Below are positions 47,728-58,594 of a stretch of DNA of 64,000 bases, in pieces; position 1 is the first letter of the stretch, and each line of letters begins with the position of its first letter. This DNA comes from Prevotella sp. (GTDB taxonomy: Bacteria > Bacteroidota > Bacteroidia > Bacteroidales > Bacteroidaceae): NCBI GenBank assembly GCA_017395215.1, contig JAFPVW010000189.1:1473-65472 (forward strand), read 5' to 3'. Made by a program: the position numbers and the translations under genes. The notes under the pieces were generated by a model, which did not search any database, was not told the DNA's origin, and worked only from the letters and a program-made list of their open reading frames with translations.

Positions 47728-50636
47728 TAGCTGCCACAATGCTGCTGGCGGTGGGCTGCTCTACGAAGAAGAATACTTCGCAGACCAGGATGTGGCACTC
47801 GTTCACCGCACGTTACAACACCTTCTACAATGGCTCGCAGGCTTTCATCGACGGAACCTTGGAAAAGGAGAAAGGCAACAAGGACAACTACACCGAGATG
47901 CTGCCCCTCTACGCTGTTGGCAACAAGAAGAGCCGCGAGATAGGCAAAGGGCAGTTCGACCGCTGCGTCGAGAAGATGGAGAAGACCATCAAGCTGCACA
48001 GCATCAAGGCCAAGCCCGAGTGGAACAAGTCGGGACGCAAGACGGCCAAAGACCGTGAGTGGCTTGGACGCAGCGAATACAACCCGTTCCTATGGAAAGC
48101 CTGGCTGCTGATGGGCAAGGCCCAGTTCCAGGAGGGAGCCTTTGACGAGGCTGCGGCCACCTTTGCCTACATGGGGCGCCTCTACCAGACACAACCCATG
48201 CAGAACGCCATTGCCCGGGCTTGGCTGGCCAAGTGCTATACTGAACTGGACTGGCTCTACGATGCCGAAGATGTCATCCGCAACATGAGCCGCGACTCCA
48301 TACACTACCGCTCGGCGAAGGACTGGGACTACACCTATGCCAACTACTACCTGCGCACAGGCGAGCTGGAGCGGGCCGTTCCCTACCTGAGAAAGGTTAT
48401 CAAGCACGAACGCCGCAAGGTGCAGAAAGCCCGTGAGTGGTTCCTGATGGGCCAGATCCAGGCGGCCTTGGGTAATTCTACTGAAGCATACAAAGCTTAC
48501 AAGCATGTGGTGCGCCAGAGTCCGCCCTACGAGATGGAGTTCAACGCCCGCATCGCCCAGACGGAGGTGATGGCCGCCACCAACAGCCGCGGCATGATCA
48601 GCCGCCTGAAGCGCATGGCCCGCAACGACAACAACAAGGACTACCTTGACCAGGTTTACTACGCCATCGGCAACATCTACCTGCTGCAGGGCGACACCGC
48701 CCAGGCCATCGGTGCCTACGAGAAAGGTAACGAAAAGGCCACCCGCAGCGGCATTGAGAAGGGTGTGCTGCTGCTGCGCCTCGGCGGACTGTACTGGGAC
48801 CTGGAGAAATATGCTGACGCCCAGCGCTGTTACGGCGAGGCTATCGGACTGTTGGACAAGGACCGCCCCGACTACGAGGAACTGTCGAACCGCTCGAAGA
48901 TGCTCGACGAACTGGTGCCCTTCACCGAGGCCGTCCACCTGCAGGACTCGCTTCAGGAACTGGCCAAGATGCCTGAGAAAGAGCGACTTGAAGCCATCGA
49001 CCGCGTGATTGAGGCGCTCAAGAAGAAAGAAAAGGAGGAACGCGACAAGGCCCTGGAGGCCGAGGTGGAGAAAACACTGCAGCAGCGTGGAGCAACAGGC
49101 AACCGCACCAACACCCCCAACCGTCAGGCGACGCCCGCCGTCGCCCAACAGGGCAACGGCCAGTGGTACTTCTACAACCCGACGGCCGTGAATCAGGGCA
49201 AGCAGACGTTCCAGCGGCAGTGGGGCAAGCGCGAGAACGTTGACAACTGGCAACGCATAAACCAGACGGTGGTCAACCTGGCGGCAAACCAGGATGCTCA
49301 GGACACCCCGGAAGGCAACGACAGCATCAGCGGCGGTACACAGCCAGGAGGAGGAGGCGACTTGTCCGACAGCGCCCTGCCCAGCGACTCCGTGGCCTCC
49401 GACACCTTAGCCAACGATCCGCACAACCGCGAATACTATCTGGCCCAGATACCCTTCACCGAGGAGCAGGTGGCCGCTTCGAACGACATCATCAAGGACG
49501 GACTGTTCCATGCCGGCATCATCTTCAAGGACAAGCTCGGCAACCTGACACTGAGCGAGCGCAGCCTGCTGAGGCTCACCAACAGCTACACTGACTTCGA
49601 GCAGACCGACGAGGCCTTCTACCATCTATTCCTGCTCTACTCGCTGCAGGGACAGACCGACAAGGCCGACGACTGCCTCAACCGCCTGAAGGCCGATTAC
49701 CCGGAGAGCCAGTGGACCATCCTGCTTGCTGACCCCAACTTTGTTGAGAACGCCCGCTTCGGCATTCATATCGAGGACTCGCTCTATGCCGCCACCTACG
49801 ATGCGTTCAAGGCCAGCCGCTATCAGGAAGCGCAGGCCAACGCCAATCTCGCCATCGAGCGTTTCCCTTTAGGTCAAAACCAGCCTAAGTTCCTCTTCAT
49901 CAGCGGTCTGAGCAAGCTTAACGAGGGCGACGGCAACGGCTGTATGGAATTGCTGAAACAAGTGGTGGAGAAATATCCCAAGAGCGAGGTCAGCGAGATT
50001 GCCGGAATGATTGTGAAGGGCGTGCAGGAGGGGCGCCCGCTCCACGGCGGCAAGTTCGACCTGGGCGACATCTGGTCGCGACGCGACGTTACAATGGTCT
50101 CCAACGACTCCACGGGTACCGACACCCTGTCGGCCGAGCGCAACACCAACTTCCTGTTCCTCCTCGTCTATGAGCCCGACTCCGTCAACGAGAACCAGCT
50201 GCTCTTCGAGATGGCACGCTACAACTTCACCAACTTCCTGGTGCGCAATTTCGACCTGAGCATCGAGCAGGAGTACACCTTCCACCGCATGCTCGTCAGC
50301 GGCTTCCTCAATTACGACGAAGTGCTGCAGTATGCCCGCAAGCTGCATGCCACAGAAGCCATGACCTCCATACTGAGCCGCTGCCACAGCATCATCATCA
50401 GCCAGCAGAACCTCGCCCTCATCGGTGCCCACTACAGCTACGGCGACTACCTGCAGTTCTACGAGAAGACGTTCACGCCGATGGAGGTCAGCGGCGAGCA
50501 GCTGCTCAACATCCCCGAGACCGTCGAGCAGTCTGACGATGACGACGAAGTTCCCGTCGGCGACGACGGCGACGGCAACGATGAAGAGGCTGCACCTCAA
50601 AAGAGCGACCTCGACTTCGGCGAGGACTTCTGGTAA
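47700..50636 (+). CDS. sprE: TPR lipoprotein, T9SS component SprE/PorW
   Basis: Lipobox GCSTKKNT, TARYNTFYNG, TPRs, WYFYN...WGKR...DNW. Confidence 0.75.
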   Translation: MRRTTYLFIIAATMLLAVGCSTKKNTSQTRMWHSFTARYNTFYNGSQAFIDGTLEKEKGNKDNYTEMLPLYAVGNKKSREIGKGQFDRCVEKMEKTIKLHSIKAKPEWNKSGRKTAKDREWLGRSEYNPFLWKAWLLMGKAQFQEGAFDEAAATFAYMGRLYQTQPMQNAIARAWLAKCYTELDWLYDAEDVIRNMSRDSIHYRSAKDWDYTYANYYLRTGELERAVPYLRKVIKHERRKVQKAREWFLMGQIQAALGNSTEAYKAYKHVVRQSPPYEMEFNARIAQTEVMAATNSRGMISRLKRMARNDNNKDYLDQVYYAIGNIYLLQGDTAQAIGAYEKGNEKATRSGIEKGVLLLRLGGLYWDLEKYADAQRCYGEAIGLLDKDRPDYEELSNRSKMLDELVPFTEAVHLQDSLQELAKMPEKERLEAIDRVIEALKKKEKEERDKALEAEVEKTLQQRGATGNRTNTPNRQATPAVAQQGNGQWYFYNPTAVNQGKQTFQRQWGKRENVDNWQRINQTVVNLAANQDAQDTPEGNDSISGGTQPGGGGDLSDSALPSDSVASDTLANDPHNREYYLAQIPFTEEQVAASNDIIKDGLFHAGIIFKDKLGNLTLSERSLLRLTNSYTDFEQTDEAFYHLFLLYSLQGQTDKADDCLNRLKADYPESQWTILLADPNFVENARFGIHIEDSLYAATYDAFKASRYQEAQANANLAIERFPLGQNQPKFLFISGLSKLNEGDGNGCMELLKQVVEKYPKSEVSEIAGMIVKGVQEGRPLHGGKFDLGDIWSRRDVTMVSNDSTGTDTLSAERNTNFLFLLVYEPDSVNENQLLFEMARYNFTNFLVRNFDLSIEQEYTFHRMLVSGFLNYDEVLQYARKLHATEAMTSILSRCHSIIISQQNLALIGAHYSYGDYLQFYEKTFTPMEVSGEQLLNIPETVEQSDDDDEVPVGDDGDGNDEEAAPQKSDLDFGEDFW

Positions 50637-50706
50637 CATATGTCCTGAAGGCCGTCAGCGCCAAGGCCGAGCAGGTACTTTTGCAATTGAATCAACAAAT
50701 GGAAAT

Positions 50707-52254
50707 ATGACAAACGGAGTATTACTTTGGGTCGACGACGAGATTGAACAGCTGAGGGCACACCTGCTGTTTCTCGAGAAGAAAGGTTATGAGGTGGTGA
50801 CCGTCTCGAACGGCACCGATGCCATCGACCAATGCCAAGAGCGGTCGTTCGACCTCGTGCTGCTCGACGAGCAGATGCCGGGACTCAGCGGACTGGAGAC
50901 ACTGCAGCGCATCAAGCAGCTGCAGCCGGCGCTGCCCGTGGTGATGGTGACCAAGAGTGAGGAGGAGAACATCATGGAGCAGGCCATCGGCCAGCAGATA
51001 GCCGACTACCTCATCAAGCCCGTCAACCCCAACCAGATACTGCTGACGCTGAAGAAGAACATCCACCGCCGCGAGATTGTGACCGAGGTCACGCAGAGCC
51101 AGTATCAGCAGGACTTCCAGCAGATTGCCATGCAGATCATGGACTGCCAGACGTGGCAGGACTGGACCGAGGTCTACCGCCGGCTCGTCCACTGGGAACT
51201 GCAGCTCTCGTCGACCGACAGTTCGATGACCGAAATGCTGCAGATGCAGAAGGAGGAGGCCAACCTCGGCTTCGCCAAGTTCGTGAAGAAGAACTACATG
51301 ACGTGGGTCGACGGTAAGAACGCCCCTCTCATGTCGCACCGCGTCTTCAAGGAGCGGCTGTTCCCCCTGCTCAACGCCAAGCAGAAGGTCTTCCTCGTCG
51401 TGCTCGACAACTTCCGCTACGACCAGTGGCGCATGCTGGCACAGGAGTTAGGCGACCAGTTCGACATCGACGAAGACCTTTACTGCTCCATCCTGCCAAC
51501 CGCCACGCAATATGCGCGCAATGCCATTTTCTCGGGACTCATGCCCGACCAGATAGCCCGTATGTTCCCCGACCTGTGGGTCGACGAGGACGAGGAGGAG
51601 GGCAAGAACCTGAACGAGGCGCCGCTCATACAGACGCAGATAGAGCGCTACCGCCGCCACGACACCTTTTCTTATAATAAGGTGAACAACTCGCAGGATG
51701 CCGACCGACTGATGCAGCAGCTGAACCAGCTGAAGAAGAACGACCTCAACGTCGTCGTCTTCAACTTCATCGACATGCTCAGCCACGCACGCACAGAGAG
51801 CCGCATGGTGCGCGAGCTGGCCAACAACGAAAGTGCCTACCGCAGCATCACCCTCTCCTGGTTCCGCCACTCGGTCATCGCCGACTTCTTCCGACAGCTG
51901 GCACAGACCGACTACAAGGTCATCGTCACGACTGACCACGGCTCCATACGCTGCACGAGGCCTGTCAAGATTGTCGGCGACCGCAACACCAACACCAACC
52001 TGCGCTACAAGCTGGGCAAGAACCTGAGCTACAACGATAAGGACGTCTACGTCATCCGCGAGCCGCAGAAGGCGCAGCTGCCCTCCCCCAACCTGTCGAC
52101 GAGCTATGTCTTCGCCACTGGCGACGCCTTCTTCGCCTACCCCAACAACTACAACTACTACGTCTCCTATTATCGCGACACCTTCCAGCACGGCGGCATC
52201 TCGATGGAGGAGATGATTATTCCCATCGTCACACTGACAGGAAAGAAAAGATAG
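50707..52254 (+). CDS. porX: PorX response regulator (receiver + PglZ phosphatase)
   Basis: LLWVDDEI, LDEQMPG, ILPTATQYARN, TTDHG, FQHGGISMEE; upstream of tsaE. Confidence 0.9.
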   Translation: MTNGVLLWVDDEIEQLRAHLLFLEKKGYEVVTVSNGTDAIDQCQERSFDLVLLDEQMPGLSGLETLQRIKQLQPALPVVMVTKSEEENIMEQAIGQQIADYLIKPVNPNQILLTLKKNIHRREIVTEVTQSQYQQDFQQIAMQIMDCQTWQDWTEVYRRLVHWELQLSSTDSSMTEMLQMQKEEANLGFAKFVKKNYMTWVDGKNAPLMSHRVFKERLFPLLNAKQKVFLVVLDNFRYDQWRMLAQELGDQFDIDEDLYCSILPTATQYARNAIFSGLMPDQIARMFPDLWVDEDEEEGKNLNEAPLIQTQIERYRRHDTFSYNKVNNSQDADRLMQQLNQLKKNDLNVVVFNFIDMLSHARTESRMVRELANNESAYRSITLSWFRHSVIADFFRQLAQTDYKVIVTTDHGSIRCTRPVKIVGDRNTNTNLRYKLGKNLSYNDKDVYVIREPQKAQLPSPNLSTSYVFATGDAFFAYPNNYNYYVSYYRDTFQHGGISMEEMIIPIVTLTGKKR

Positions 52255-52290
52255 AGCTATTACAATTTACAGATTTTCGATTAACGATTT

Positions 52291-52701
52291 ATGGAGATTA
52301 CAATAACGGATATTGAGCACATCGGCGACGCAGCCCGCCAGTTTGTCGACGTCATCGGCGACCACCGCGTATTTGCCTTCTACGGCAGCATGGGCGCCGG
52401 CAAGACCACCTTCATCAAGGCCATCTGCGAGCAGTTGGGTGTCGAGGACGTCATCACCTCGCCCACCTTTGCCATTGTCAACGAGTACGAGACCAACGAC
52501 CGGCCCATCTTCCACTTCGACTTCTACCGCATCAAACGGTTGGAGGAGGTCTACGACATGGGCTACGAGGACTACTTCTACTCGGGCTCCATCTGCTTCA
52601 TCGAGTGGCCGGAGCTGATTGAGGAACTCTTGCCCGACGATGCCGTCCGCGTCACCATCGCCGAGCAGCCTGACGGCTCGCGCACCGTCAGCATGGAATA
52701 A
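52291..52701 (+). CDS. tsaE: tRNA t6A biosynthesis ATPase
   Basis: GSMGAGKTT, TSPTF, HFDFYR, IEW. Confidence 0.95.
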   Translation: MEITITDIEHIGDAARQFVDVIGDHRVFAFYGSMGAGKTTFIKAICEQLGVEDVITSPTFAIVNEYETNDRPIFHFDFYRIKRLEEVYDMGYEDYFYSGSICFIEWPELIEELLPDDAVRVTIAEQPDGSRTVSME

Positions 52702-52752
52702 AAAAAGAGAACTGCCAAGTGTTGAAACTCAACTACTTGGCAGCTCTTTCAG

Positions 52753-52823
52753 TTGGGGTACTCGGACTCGAACCAAGAATGACAGGACCAGAATCTGTAG
52801 TGTTACCATTACACCATACCCCA
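52753..52823 (-). tRNA. tRNA-Gln (CTG)
   Basis: TGGGGTATGGTGTAATGGTAACAC...TTCTGGT...GGTTCGAGTCC...TACCCCAA. Confidence 0.95.
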
Positions 52824-53004
52824 ATGTCGTTTGCAAAGCAGAACAACCTTGTTCCGAATTGCGGGTGCAAAGGTACTACTTTTTCTGAAACTACCAAAAC
52901 TTTTTGGCAGATTTTTTTAAAAATACTCAATTTTTCTCCCTTTATGTGGCAGAAACGAAGAAAAAGCACTATCTTTGCAGAATATTTCACATATCATTTA
53001 TTAA

Positions 53005-53364
53005 ATGGAGCAAACAAAGGAATTAGTAGAAACCATTACCAAAGGAATTCAAGAGAAGAAAGGCACGGGCATCGTGGTAGCCGACCTCAGCGGCATCGAC
53101 GGTACCATCTGCCACTATTTCGTGATTTGTCAAGGCAACTCACCGTCGCAGGTGGAGGCCATTACCGAGTCGGTGGGCGACTTTGCCCGCAAAGAGCTTG
53201 ACGAGCGGCCGGCCCATGTCGTCGGTCTGGAGAACGCCCAGTGGGTGGCCATGGACTATACAGACGTGCTGGTTCACGTCTTCCTGCCCGACGTCCGTGA
53301 GTACTACGACCTGGAGCACCTTTGGGACGATGCGAAGCTGACATATATACCTGATTTGGATTAA
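53005..53364 (+). CDS. rsfS: Ribosome silencing factor
   Basis: EKKG, YFVIC, WVAMDY, HVF, REYYDLEHLW. Confidence 0.94.
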   Translation: MEQTKELVETITKGIQEKKGTGIVVADLSGIDGTICHYFVICQGNSPSQVEAITESVGDFARKELDERPAHVVGLENAQWVAMDYTDVLVHVFLPDVREYYDLEHLWDDAKLTYIPDLD

Positions 53365-53371
53365 AGGAAAC

Positions 53372-55399
53372 ATGGAACAGAAAAAGACGAATAATAACAA
53401 CAACGGGCCGAAGATGAACATGCCCAAGTTCAACATGAACTGGATATACTTCGTGGCCATCCTGACGCTGATCATGCTCTACATGACCAACTCAGGCGAT
53501 GGCGTTGCTGCCGTACAGGCTCACACGGAGTCGACGTACAGCGACTTCAAGGCGTTCGTTGAGCGCGGCTATGCCGACAAGATTGTTGTGAACAAGACCC
53601 AGAACACGCTGAAGATGTATGTCACGGCCGACCACATCCGCGACGTGTTCAAGCAGGGTCACAAGCAGACGGGCACCTCGCCCTACGTCGATGTCGAGAT
53701 AGGCTCGGTAGACCAGGTAGAGCAGTTTGTCGAGAAGATGAAGGATGAAGGAAAGTTCAAAGGCAAGCTGAGCTACGAGAACAAGTCGGGCGGCAGTGTC
53801 ATCGGCGACATTTTCTACAGCTTGCTGCCGCTCCTGCTTCTCATCGGTGTGTGGATGTTCTTCTTCCGCCGTATGGGCGGTGGTGGCGGCTTTGGCGGCG
53901 GCATGTTCTCAGTCGGCAAGTCGAAGGCGAAGATGTACGAGAAGGGCGGTGAGTTAGGCATCACGTTCAAGGACGTGGCCGGACAGGCCGGTGCCAAGCA
54001 GGAGATGCAGGAAATTGTGGACTTCCTGAAGAATCCACAGAAATATACGGAACTGGGCGGCAAGATTCCCAAAGGCGCCCTGCTCGTCGGTCCTCCGGGA
54101 ACGGGTAAGACGCTGTTGGCCAAGGCCGTGGCCGGTGAGGCCGGCGTACCGTTCTTCTCAATGTCGGGTTCTGACTTTGTCGAGATGTTCGTCGGCGTGG
54201 GAGCCAGTCGTGTGCGCGACCTGTTTGAGCAGGCCAAGCAGAAGGCGCCGTGTATCATATTCATCGACGAGATTGACGCCGTGGGCCGAGCCCGCTCTAA
54301 GAATCCCGCCATGGGCGGTAACGACGAGCGTGAGAATACGCTGAACGCCCTGCTGACCGAGATGGACGGCTTCGGCACGAACAGCGGTATCATCACCCTG
54401 GCCGCCACCAACCGTGCCGACATGCTCGACTCGGCCCTGCTGCGTGCTGGTCGCTTCGACCGTCAGATACACGTCGACCTGCCCGACCTGAACGAGCGCA
54501 AAGAGGTATTCCATGTTCATCTGAAGCCGCTGAAACTGGCCGACGACGTTGATGTGGACTTCCTGGCCCGACAGACGCCGGGCTTCTCGGGTGCCGACAT
54601 AGCCAACGTCTGCAACGAGGCCGCCCTGATAGCAGCCCGCTTCAACCGCGAGAAGGTGGGGCGACAGGACTTCCTCGACGCCGTCGACCGCATTATCGGC
54701 GGTCTGGAGAAGAAGACGAAGGTGATGACCGAGTCGGAGAAGCGCTCCATCGCCATCCACGAGGCTGGTCACGCCACCATTTCGTGGTTCACCGAGTTTG
54801 CCAACCCGCTTGTCAAGGTCTCCATTGTGCCGCGTGGTCAGGCTTTGGGTGCCGCCTGGTATCTGCCTGAGGAGCGCGTGCTCCAGACCAAGGAGGCCAT
54901 GCTCGACGAGATGTGCTCGCTGCTTGGCGGCCGTGCCGCCGAGGAGCTGTTCATCGGCCACATCTCTACGGGTGCCATGAACGACCTGGAGCGCACCACG
55001 AAGCAGGCCTATGGCATGATAGCCTATGCCGGTATGTCGGACAAGCTGCCCAACGTGTGCTATTACAACAACCAGGAATACCAGTTCCAGCGCCCCTATT
55101 CGGAAGCCACGGCCAAGCTGATGGACGACGAGGTGCTGAAGATGGTCAACGAGCAGTACGACCGAGCCAAGCGCATTCTCACCGAGCACGCCGAGGGCCA
55201 CGCCCAGCTCGCCCAGCTCCTGGTAGAGCGCGAGGTCATCTTTGCAGAGGATGTCGAGCGAATCTTCGGCAAGCGTCCCTGGACCAGTCGCGCCGAGGAA
55301 CTCCTTGAGGCTCAGATGCGTGCCGATGCCGAGCGCATGGCCGAGGAGCGTGCGAAGCAACTCGAACTTGAAGCAAAGGAAAAGGAGGAAAAAGCATGA
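53372..55399 (+). CDS. ftsH: ATP-dependent zinc metalloprotease FtsH
   Basis: Two TMs, [19 protein letters not shown]. Confidence 0.97.
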   Translation: MEQKKTNNNNNGPKMNMPKFNMNWIYFVAILTLIMLYMTNSGDGVAAVQAHTESTYSDFKAFVERGYADKIVVNKTQNTLKMYVTADHIRDVFKQGHKQTGTSPYVDVEIGSVDQVEQFVEKMKDEGKFKGKLSYENKSGGSVIGDIFYSLLPLLLLIGVWMFFFRRMGGGGGFGGGMFSVGKSKAKMYEKGGELGITFKDVAGQAGAKQEMQEIVDFLKNPQKYTELGGKIPKGALLVGPPGTGKTLLAKAVAGEAGVPFFSMSGSDFVEMFVGVGASRVRDLFEQAKQKAPCIIFIDEIDAVGRARSKNPAMGGNDERENTLNALLTEMDGFGTNSGIITLAATNRADMLDSALLRAGRFDRQIHVDLPDLNERKEVFHVHLKPLKLADDVDVDFLARQTPGFSGADIANVCNEAALIAARFNREKVGRQDFLDAVDRIIGGLEKKTKVMTESEKRSIAIHEAGHATISWFTEFANPLVKVSIVPRGQALGAAWYLPEERVLQTKEAMLDEMCSLLGGRAAEELFIGHISTGAMNDLERTTKQAYGMIAYAGMSDKLPNVCYYNNQEYQFQRPYSEATAKLMDDEVLKMVNEQYDRAKRILTEHAEGHAQLAQLLVEREVIFAEDVERIFGKRPWTSRAEELLEAQMRADAERMAEERAKQLELEAKEKEEKA

Positions 55400-56244
55400 A
55401 GAATTTCATCGTCCGCACCATCACCAGCGTATTCTTCGTCGCAGCTATTGTGACAAGTTTCCTCAACCCACGGGCTATGACTTTGCTGTTCGGCATCGTC
55501 ACCGGAATGACCATCTGGGAGTTTGCCGGACTGGTCAACGACCGGCCGTTTATCTCCATCAACCGGTTTATCTGCACTGTCAGCGGTGTCTACCTGTTCC
55601 TCGCCATGTCGGGCTACAACAGCGGACTGACACCGGCAACGGTGTTCATACCCTATCTGGTCAGCATTATCTACCTCATGGTGGCCGAACTCTACCTCAA
55701 GGCCAAGGACCCCATCAACAACTGGGCCTACACCATGCTGTCGCAGCTCTACATCGCCCTGCCCCTGTCGCTGCTCAACGTGCTGGCCTTCCGCTCGAAC
55801 GGCTACGACATACAGTACACCTACCTCATGCCGCTCTCCGTCTTTGTGTTCCTATGGATAAACGACGCGGGTGCCTACTGCGTCGGCTCGCTCCTGGGCC
55901 GCCACAAGCTGTTTCCCCGCATATCGCCGGGCAAGTCGTGGGAGGGCAGCATCGGCGGTGCCGTGTTAGTAGTGGCTGCTGCCGTGCTTATCTGGTATTA
56001 CACTGACTTCTACGACGTCAACGACCTCGGGCTGACAGCCTACGAATGGGCTGGCCTTGGGCTGGTAGTGGTCATCTTCGGCACGTGGGGCGATCTGATT
56101 GAGTCGCTCTTCAAGCGCACCCTCGGCATCAAGGACTCCGGCAACGTGTTGCCCGGGCACGGCGGTATGCTCGACCGCTTCGACTCTACGCTGATGGCCG
56201 TCCCCGCCGCAGTGGTCTATCTCTACACGCTAACGCTCATTTAA
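55396..56244 (+). CDS. cdsA: Phosphatidate cytidylyltransferase
   Basis: ISPGKSWEG, GDLIESLFKR..GIKDSG..LPGHGGMLDRFDS. Confidence 0.95.
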   Translation: MKNFIVRTITSVFFVAAIVTSFLNPRAMTLLFGIVTGMTIWEFAGLVNDRPFISINRFICTVSGVYLFLAMSGYNSGLTPATVFIPYLVSIIYLMVAELYLKAKDPINNWAYTMLSQLYIALPLSLLNVLAFRSNGYDIQYTYLMPLSVFVFLWINDAGAYCVGSLLGRHKLFPRISPGKSWEGSIGGAVLVVAAAVLIWYYTDFYDVNDLGLTAYEWAGLGLVVVIFGTWGDLIESLFKRTLGIKDSGNVLPGHGGMLDRFDSTLMAVPAAVVYLYTLTLI

Positions 56245-57387
56245 AAGCCGCACCATGATTCCTGCCGCACGGTCGGGAGCGTCGCTCTCGCCCAGTCGGC
56301 GGTGCACCTCTTCGTAGTCGTCGAGCATGCGCTGGCGGTCAGGCCCACCAGGCAGTATGCGCTCCAGCTCATGCCGGATGTTGTCGACACTGAACGACTC
56401 GGCCACCAACTCCCTGACCACCTCGCGGTCAGCTATCAGATTGACCAGCGAGACGTACTTCACGCTCAGCACCTTCTTGCGTAACCAGCCGATGAGCCGG
56501 GGCAATGGCGTCTCATAACACACCACCTGCGGCACGCGGAACATACAGGTTTCCAGCGTCGCTGTTCCGCTGGTAACCAGTGCGGCGGTAGCACGGTTCA
56601 GCAACTGGTAGGTCTCGTTCATCACCAGCTTCACGTGCGTACCCTCGATAAACGGTTCGTAATACGCCCGTTCAATGGACGGTGCTCCTGCCAATACTAC
56701 GTCATACTGGCCGGCCAGATGGCGCGTGGCCTCAATCATGGCGGGCAGGTTGTCCTTGATTTCCTGCTTGCGCGAACCGGCGAGGAGGGCAATAAGCCTC
56801 CCCCCTGCCCCCTCCCGTAGAGGGGGTGTAACGTTAGCCTCCCCTACGGGGGGAGGTGTGGTGGGGGCTTTCAGGAACTCCCGTACTTCCTGAGCCGTAG
56901 GATTGCCCACATAGTGTATGGGATAGTGATGCTTCTGCTCAAAGAACTCCACCTCAAAGGGAAGGATGGAGAACAGCTCGTCGACATCGCGCTTGATTGC
57001 CTTGATGCGATACTCCTTCCACGCCCAGATCTTCGGAGATATGTAGTAGTATACGGGACATATCTTGCTGGCCTTCACGTACTTGGCTATGCCGAGGTTG
57101 AAGCCCGGATAGTCTACGAGAATGAGCACGTCGGGCTGCCACTCGCGGATGTCCTGCTTGCACTGCCTCATACCCTTCAGAATCGTTGGTAGATGCATCA
57201 GCACGGGCACGAAGCCCATGTAGGCCAGCTCACGGTAGTGCTTGACGAGCGTACCGCCCTCCGCCGCCATCAGGTCGCCGCCGAAGAAGCGGAACTCCGC
57301 CTCCTCGTCCTTTTCCTTCAGCGACCGCATCAGTCGCGAGGCATGCAGGTCGCCGCTGGCCTCGCCGGCTATCAGGTAGTATTTCAT
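56230..57387 (-). CDS. lpxB: Lipid A disaccharide synthase
   Basis: AGEASGD, VDYPGFN, SPKIWAW, LAGSR, SGTATLE. Confidence 0.95.
   Translation of the reverse strand: MKYYLIAGEASGDLHASRLMRSLKEKDEEAEFRFFGGDLMAAEGGTLVKHYRELAYMGFVPVLMHLPTILKGMRQCKQDIREWQPDVLILVDYPGFNLGIAKYVKASKICPVYYYISPKIWAWKEYRIKAIKRDVDELFSILPFEVEFFEQKHHYPIHYVGNPTAQEVREFLKAPTTPPPVGEANVTPPLREGAGGRLIALLAGSRKQEIKDNLPAMIEATRHLAGQYDVVLAGAPSIERAYYEPFIEGTHVKLVMNETYQLLNRATAALVTSGTATLETCMFRVPQVVCYETPLPRLIGWLRKKVLSVKYVSLVNLIADREVVRELVAESFSVDNIRHELERILPGGPDRQRMLDDYEEVHRRLGESDAPDRAAGIMVRLLNER
56794..56870. repeat. G/C-rich REP-like palindromic insert within lpxB
   Basis: Imperfect inverted arms aagcctccccc...ccgtagaggggg / cctcccctacgggggg...gggggctt. 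Confidence 0.7.
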
Positions 57388-58163
57388 GTTTCCCAGTTCC
57401 GAATCTGTTCCATTGCCTCGTAGGCAGTAACGTCGAATGTGGTCGGCGTAATGGCCACATAGCCGTGGGTGAGTGCCCAGTTGTCGGTGTCGTCAGCCTC
57501 TGGCTCATCGTTTTGGTAGTATCCCACCATCCAGTGGTAGTCGTAGCCCCGTGGGTGATGGCAGGTGGTGATTTCGTTGCACCACGACCCTTGCGCCATG
57601 CGACAGACCTTCACGCCCCGATATTCGTCCTCCTCCAACAACGGGAAGTTGATGTTCAGGCAGACGCCCTTCGGGAGTCCGTTCTCAAGCACATGTCGGG
57701 TGTACTTCACGACGTAGGGCCGCAACGGCTCGAAGTCGGCATCAGGCTTATGGTCGCAGAGCGAGAAGGCCACCGAGGGAATATACTTCATGCAGCCCTC
57801 CATCACCACGCCCATCGTCCCGCTGTAGTGGCTGTTCACCGAGCCGTTATCCCCGTGGTTGATGCCGCCGATAACCAGGTCGGGCCGACGGTCCAGGATA
57901 CGTGCCAAGGCCAGCTTGACACAGTCTACGGGCGTGCCGTTCGACGACCACACCTCGAGCCCATCTTCCCGCCGCTGCAGATTCAGCCGCAGCGGGATCT
58001 CAGCCGAGAAGGCGCACGAGTAGCCCGACCGTGGCCCGTCGGGGGCGCAGACAACGATGTCGGCCAGCGGCCGCAGCATGTCAACCAGCTCATTGATGCC
58101 TTTGGCCTGATAGCCGTCGTCATTCGAGATAAGTATTAGTGGGCGTTCTCCTTGTTTTTCCAT
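57384..58163 (-). CDS. surE: 5'/3'-nucleotidase SurE
   Basis: LISNDDG, GTPVDCV, GINHG, YSGT. Confidence 0.95.
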   Translation of the reverse strand: MEKQGERPLILISNDDGYQAKGINELVDMLRPLADIVVCAPDGPRSGYSCAFSAEIPLRLNLQRREDGLEVWSSNGTPVDCVKLALARILDRRPDLVIGGINHGDNGSVNSHYSGTMGVVMEGCMKYIPSVAFSLCDHKPDADFEPLRPYVVKYTRHVLENGLPKGVCLNINFPLLEEDEYRGVKVCRMAQGSWCNEITTCHHPRGYDYHWMVGYYQNDEPEADDTDNWALTHGYVAITPTTFDVTAYEAMEQIRNWET

Positions 58164-58394
58164 ATTGCAATCGCTTTATTGTATCTGCAAATCGGGCACA
58201 AAGTTAGTAAAAAGCTGCCAATTCCTCGTATTTTTGCCCAAATAATTTTGCTGTTTTTGTGAAATGTCCGCATATTGACGGTAAGATTTTGTCTGAACGC
58301 GGGTCCAACCGGACATGAGACAATAACAGAAATGTCGTGGATTGCGCAGGTCGCGGTATTTCAGCCCCACTGATTGTGAATCACAGGAAACAAG

Positions 58395-58459
58395 CTACAC
58401 TTCCAACACTTCCTACACCTGTTGAACTTTTTTAGGTGTAGGGAGTGTAGGAAGTGTAG
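58395..58459. repeat. Iteron-type inverted repeat (3 x C(T/A)ACAC per arm)
   Basis: ctacacttccaacacttcctacacct vs aggtgtagggagtgtaggaagtgtag, 24/26-bp stem. Confidence 0.85.
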
Positions 58460-58594
58460 GATATAAAGTGCGAATGGCAACTATAATAGCAGAAAAGGCC
58501 GGAATAATCGGCAAAACAGTGCCTTGCATCGCCCTTCGGAGGCAGGAACCGACACCTGAACCGACACCCTGACGTAAACCGGCGCCTTTTGCTG

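Noticed and set aside
50425-50706. N-terminal extension of PorX
   Set aside because: Overlaps the upstream TPR gene; the receiver domain starts at ATG 50707
58509-58525. Second sigma-54 box (minus strand aggcactgttttgcc)
   Set aside because: GG-GC spacing is one base short of the invariant spacing
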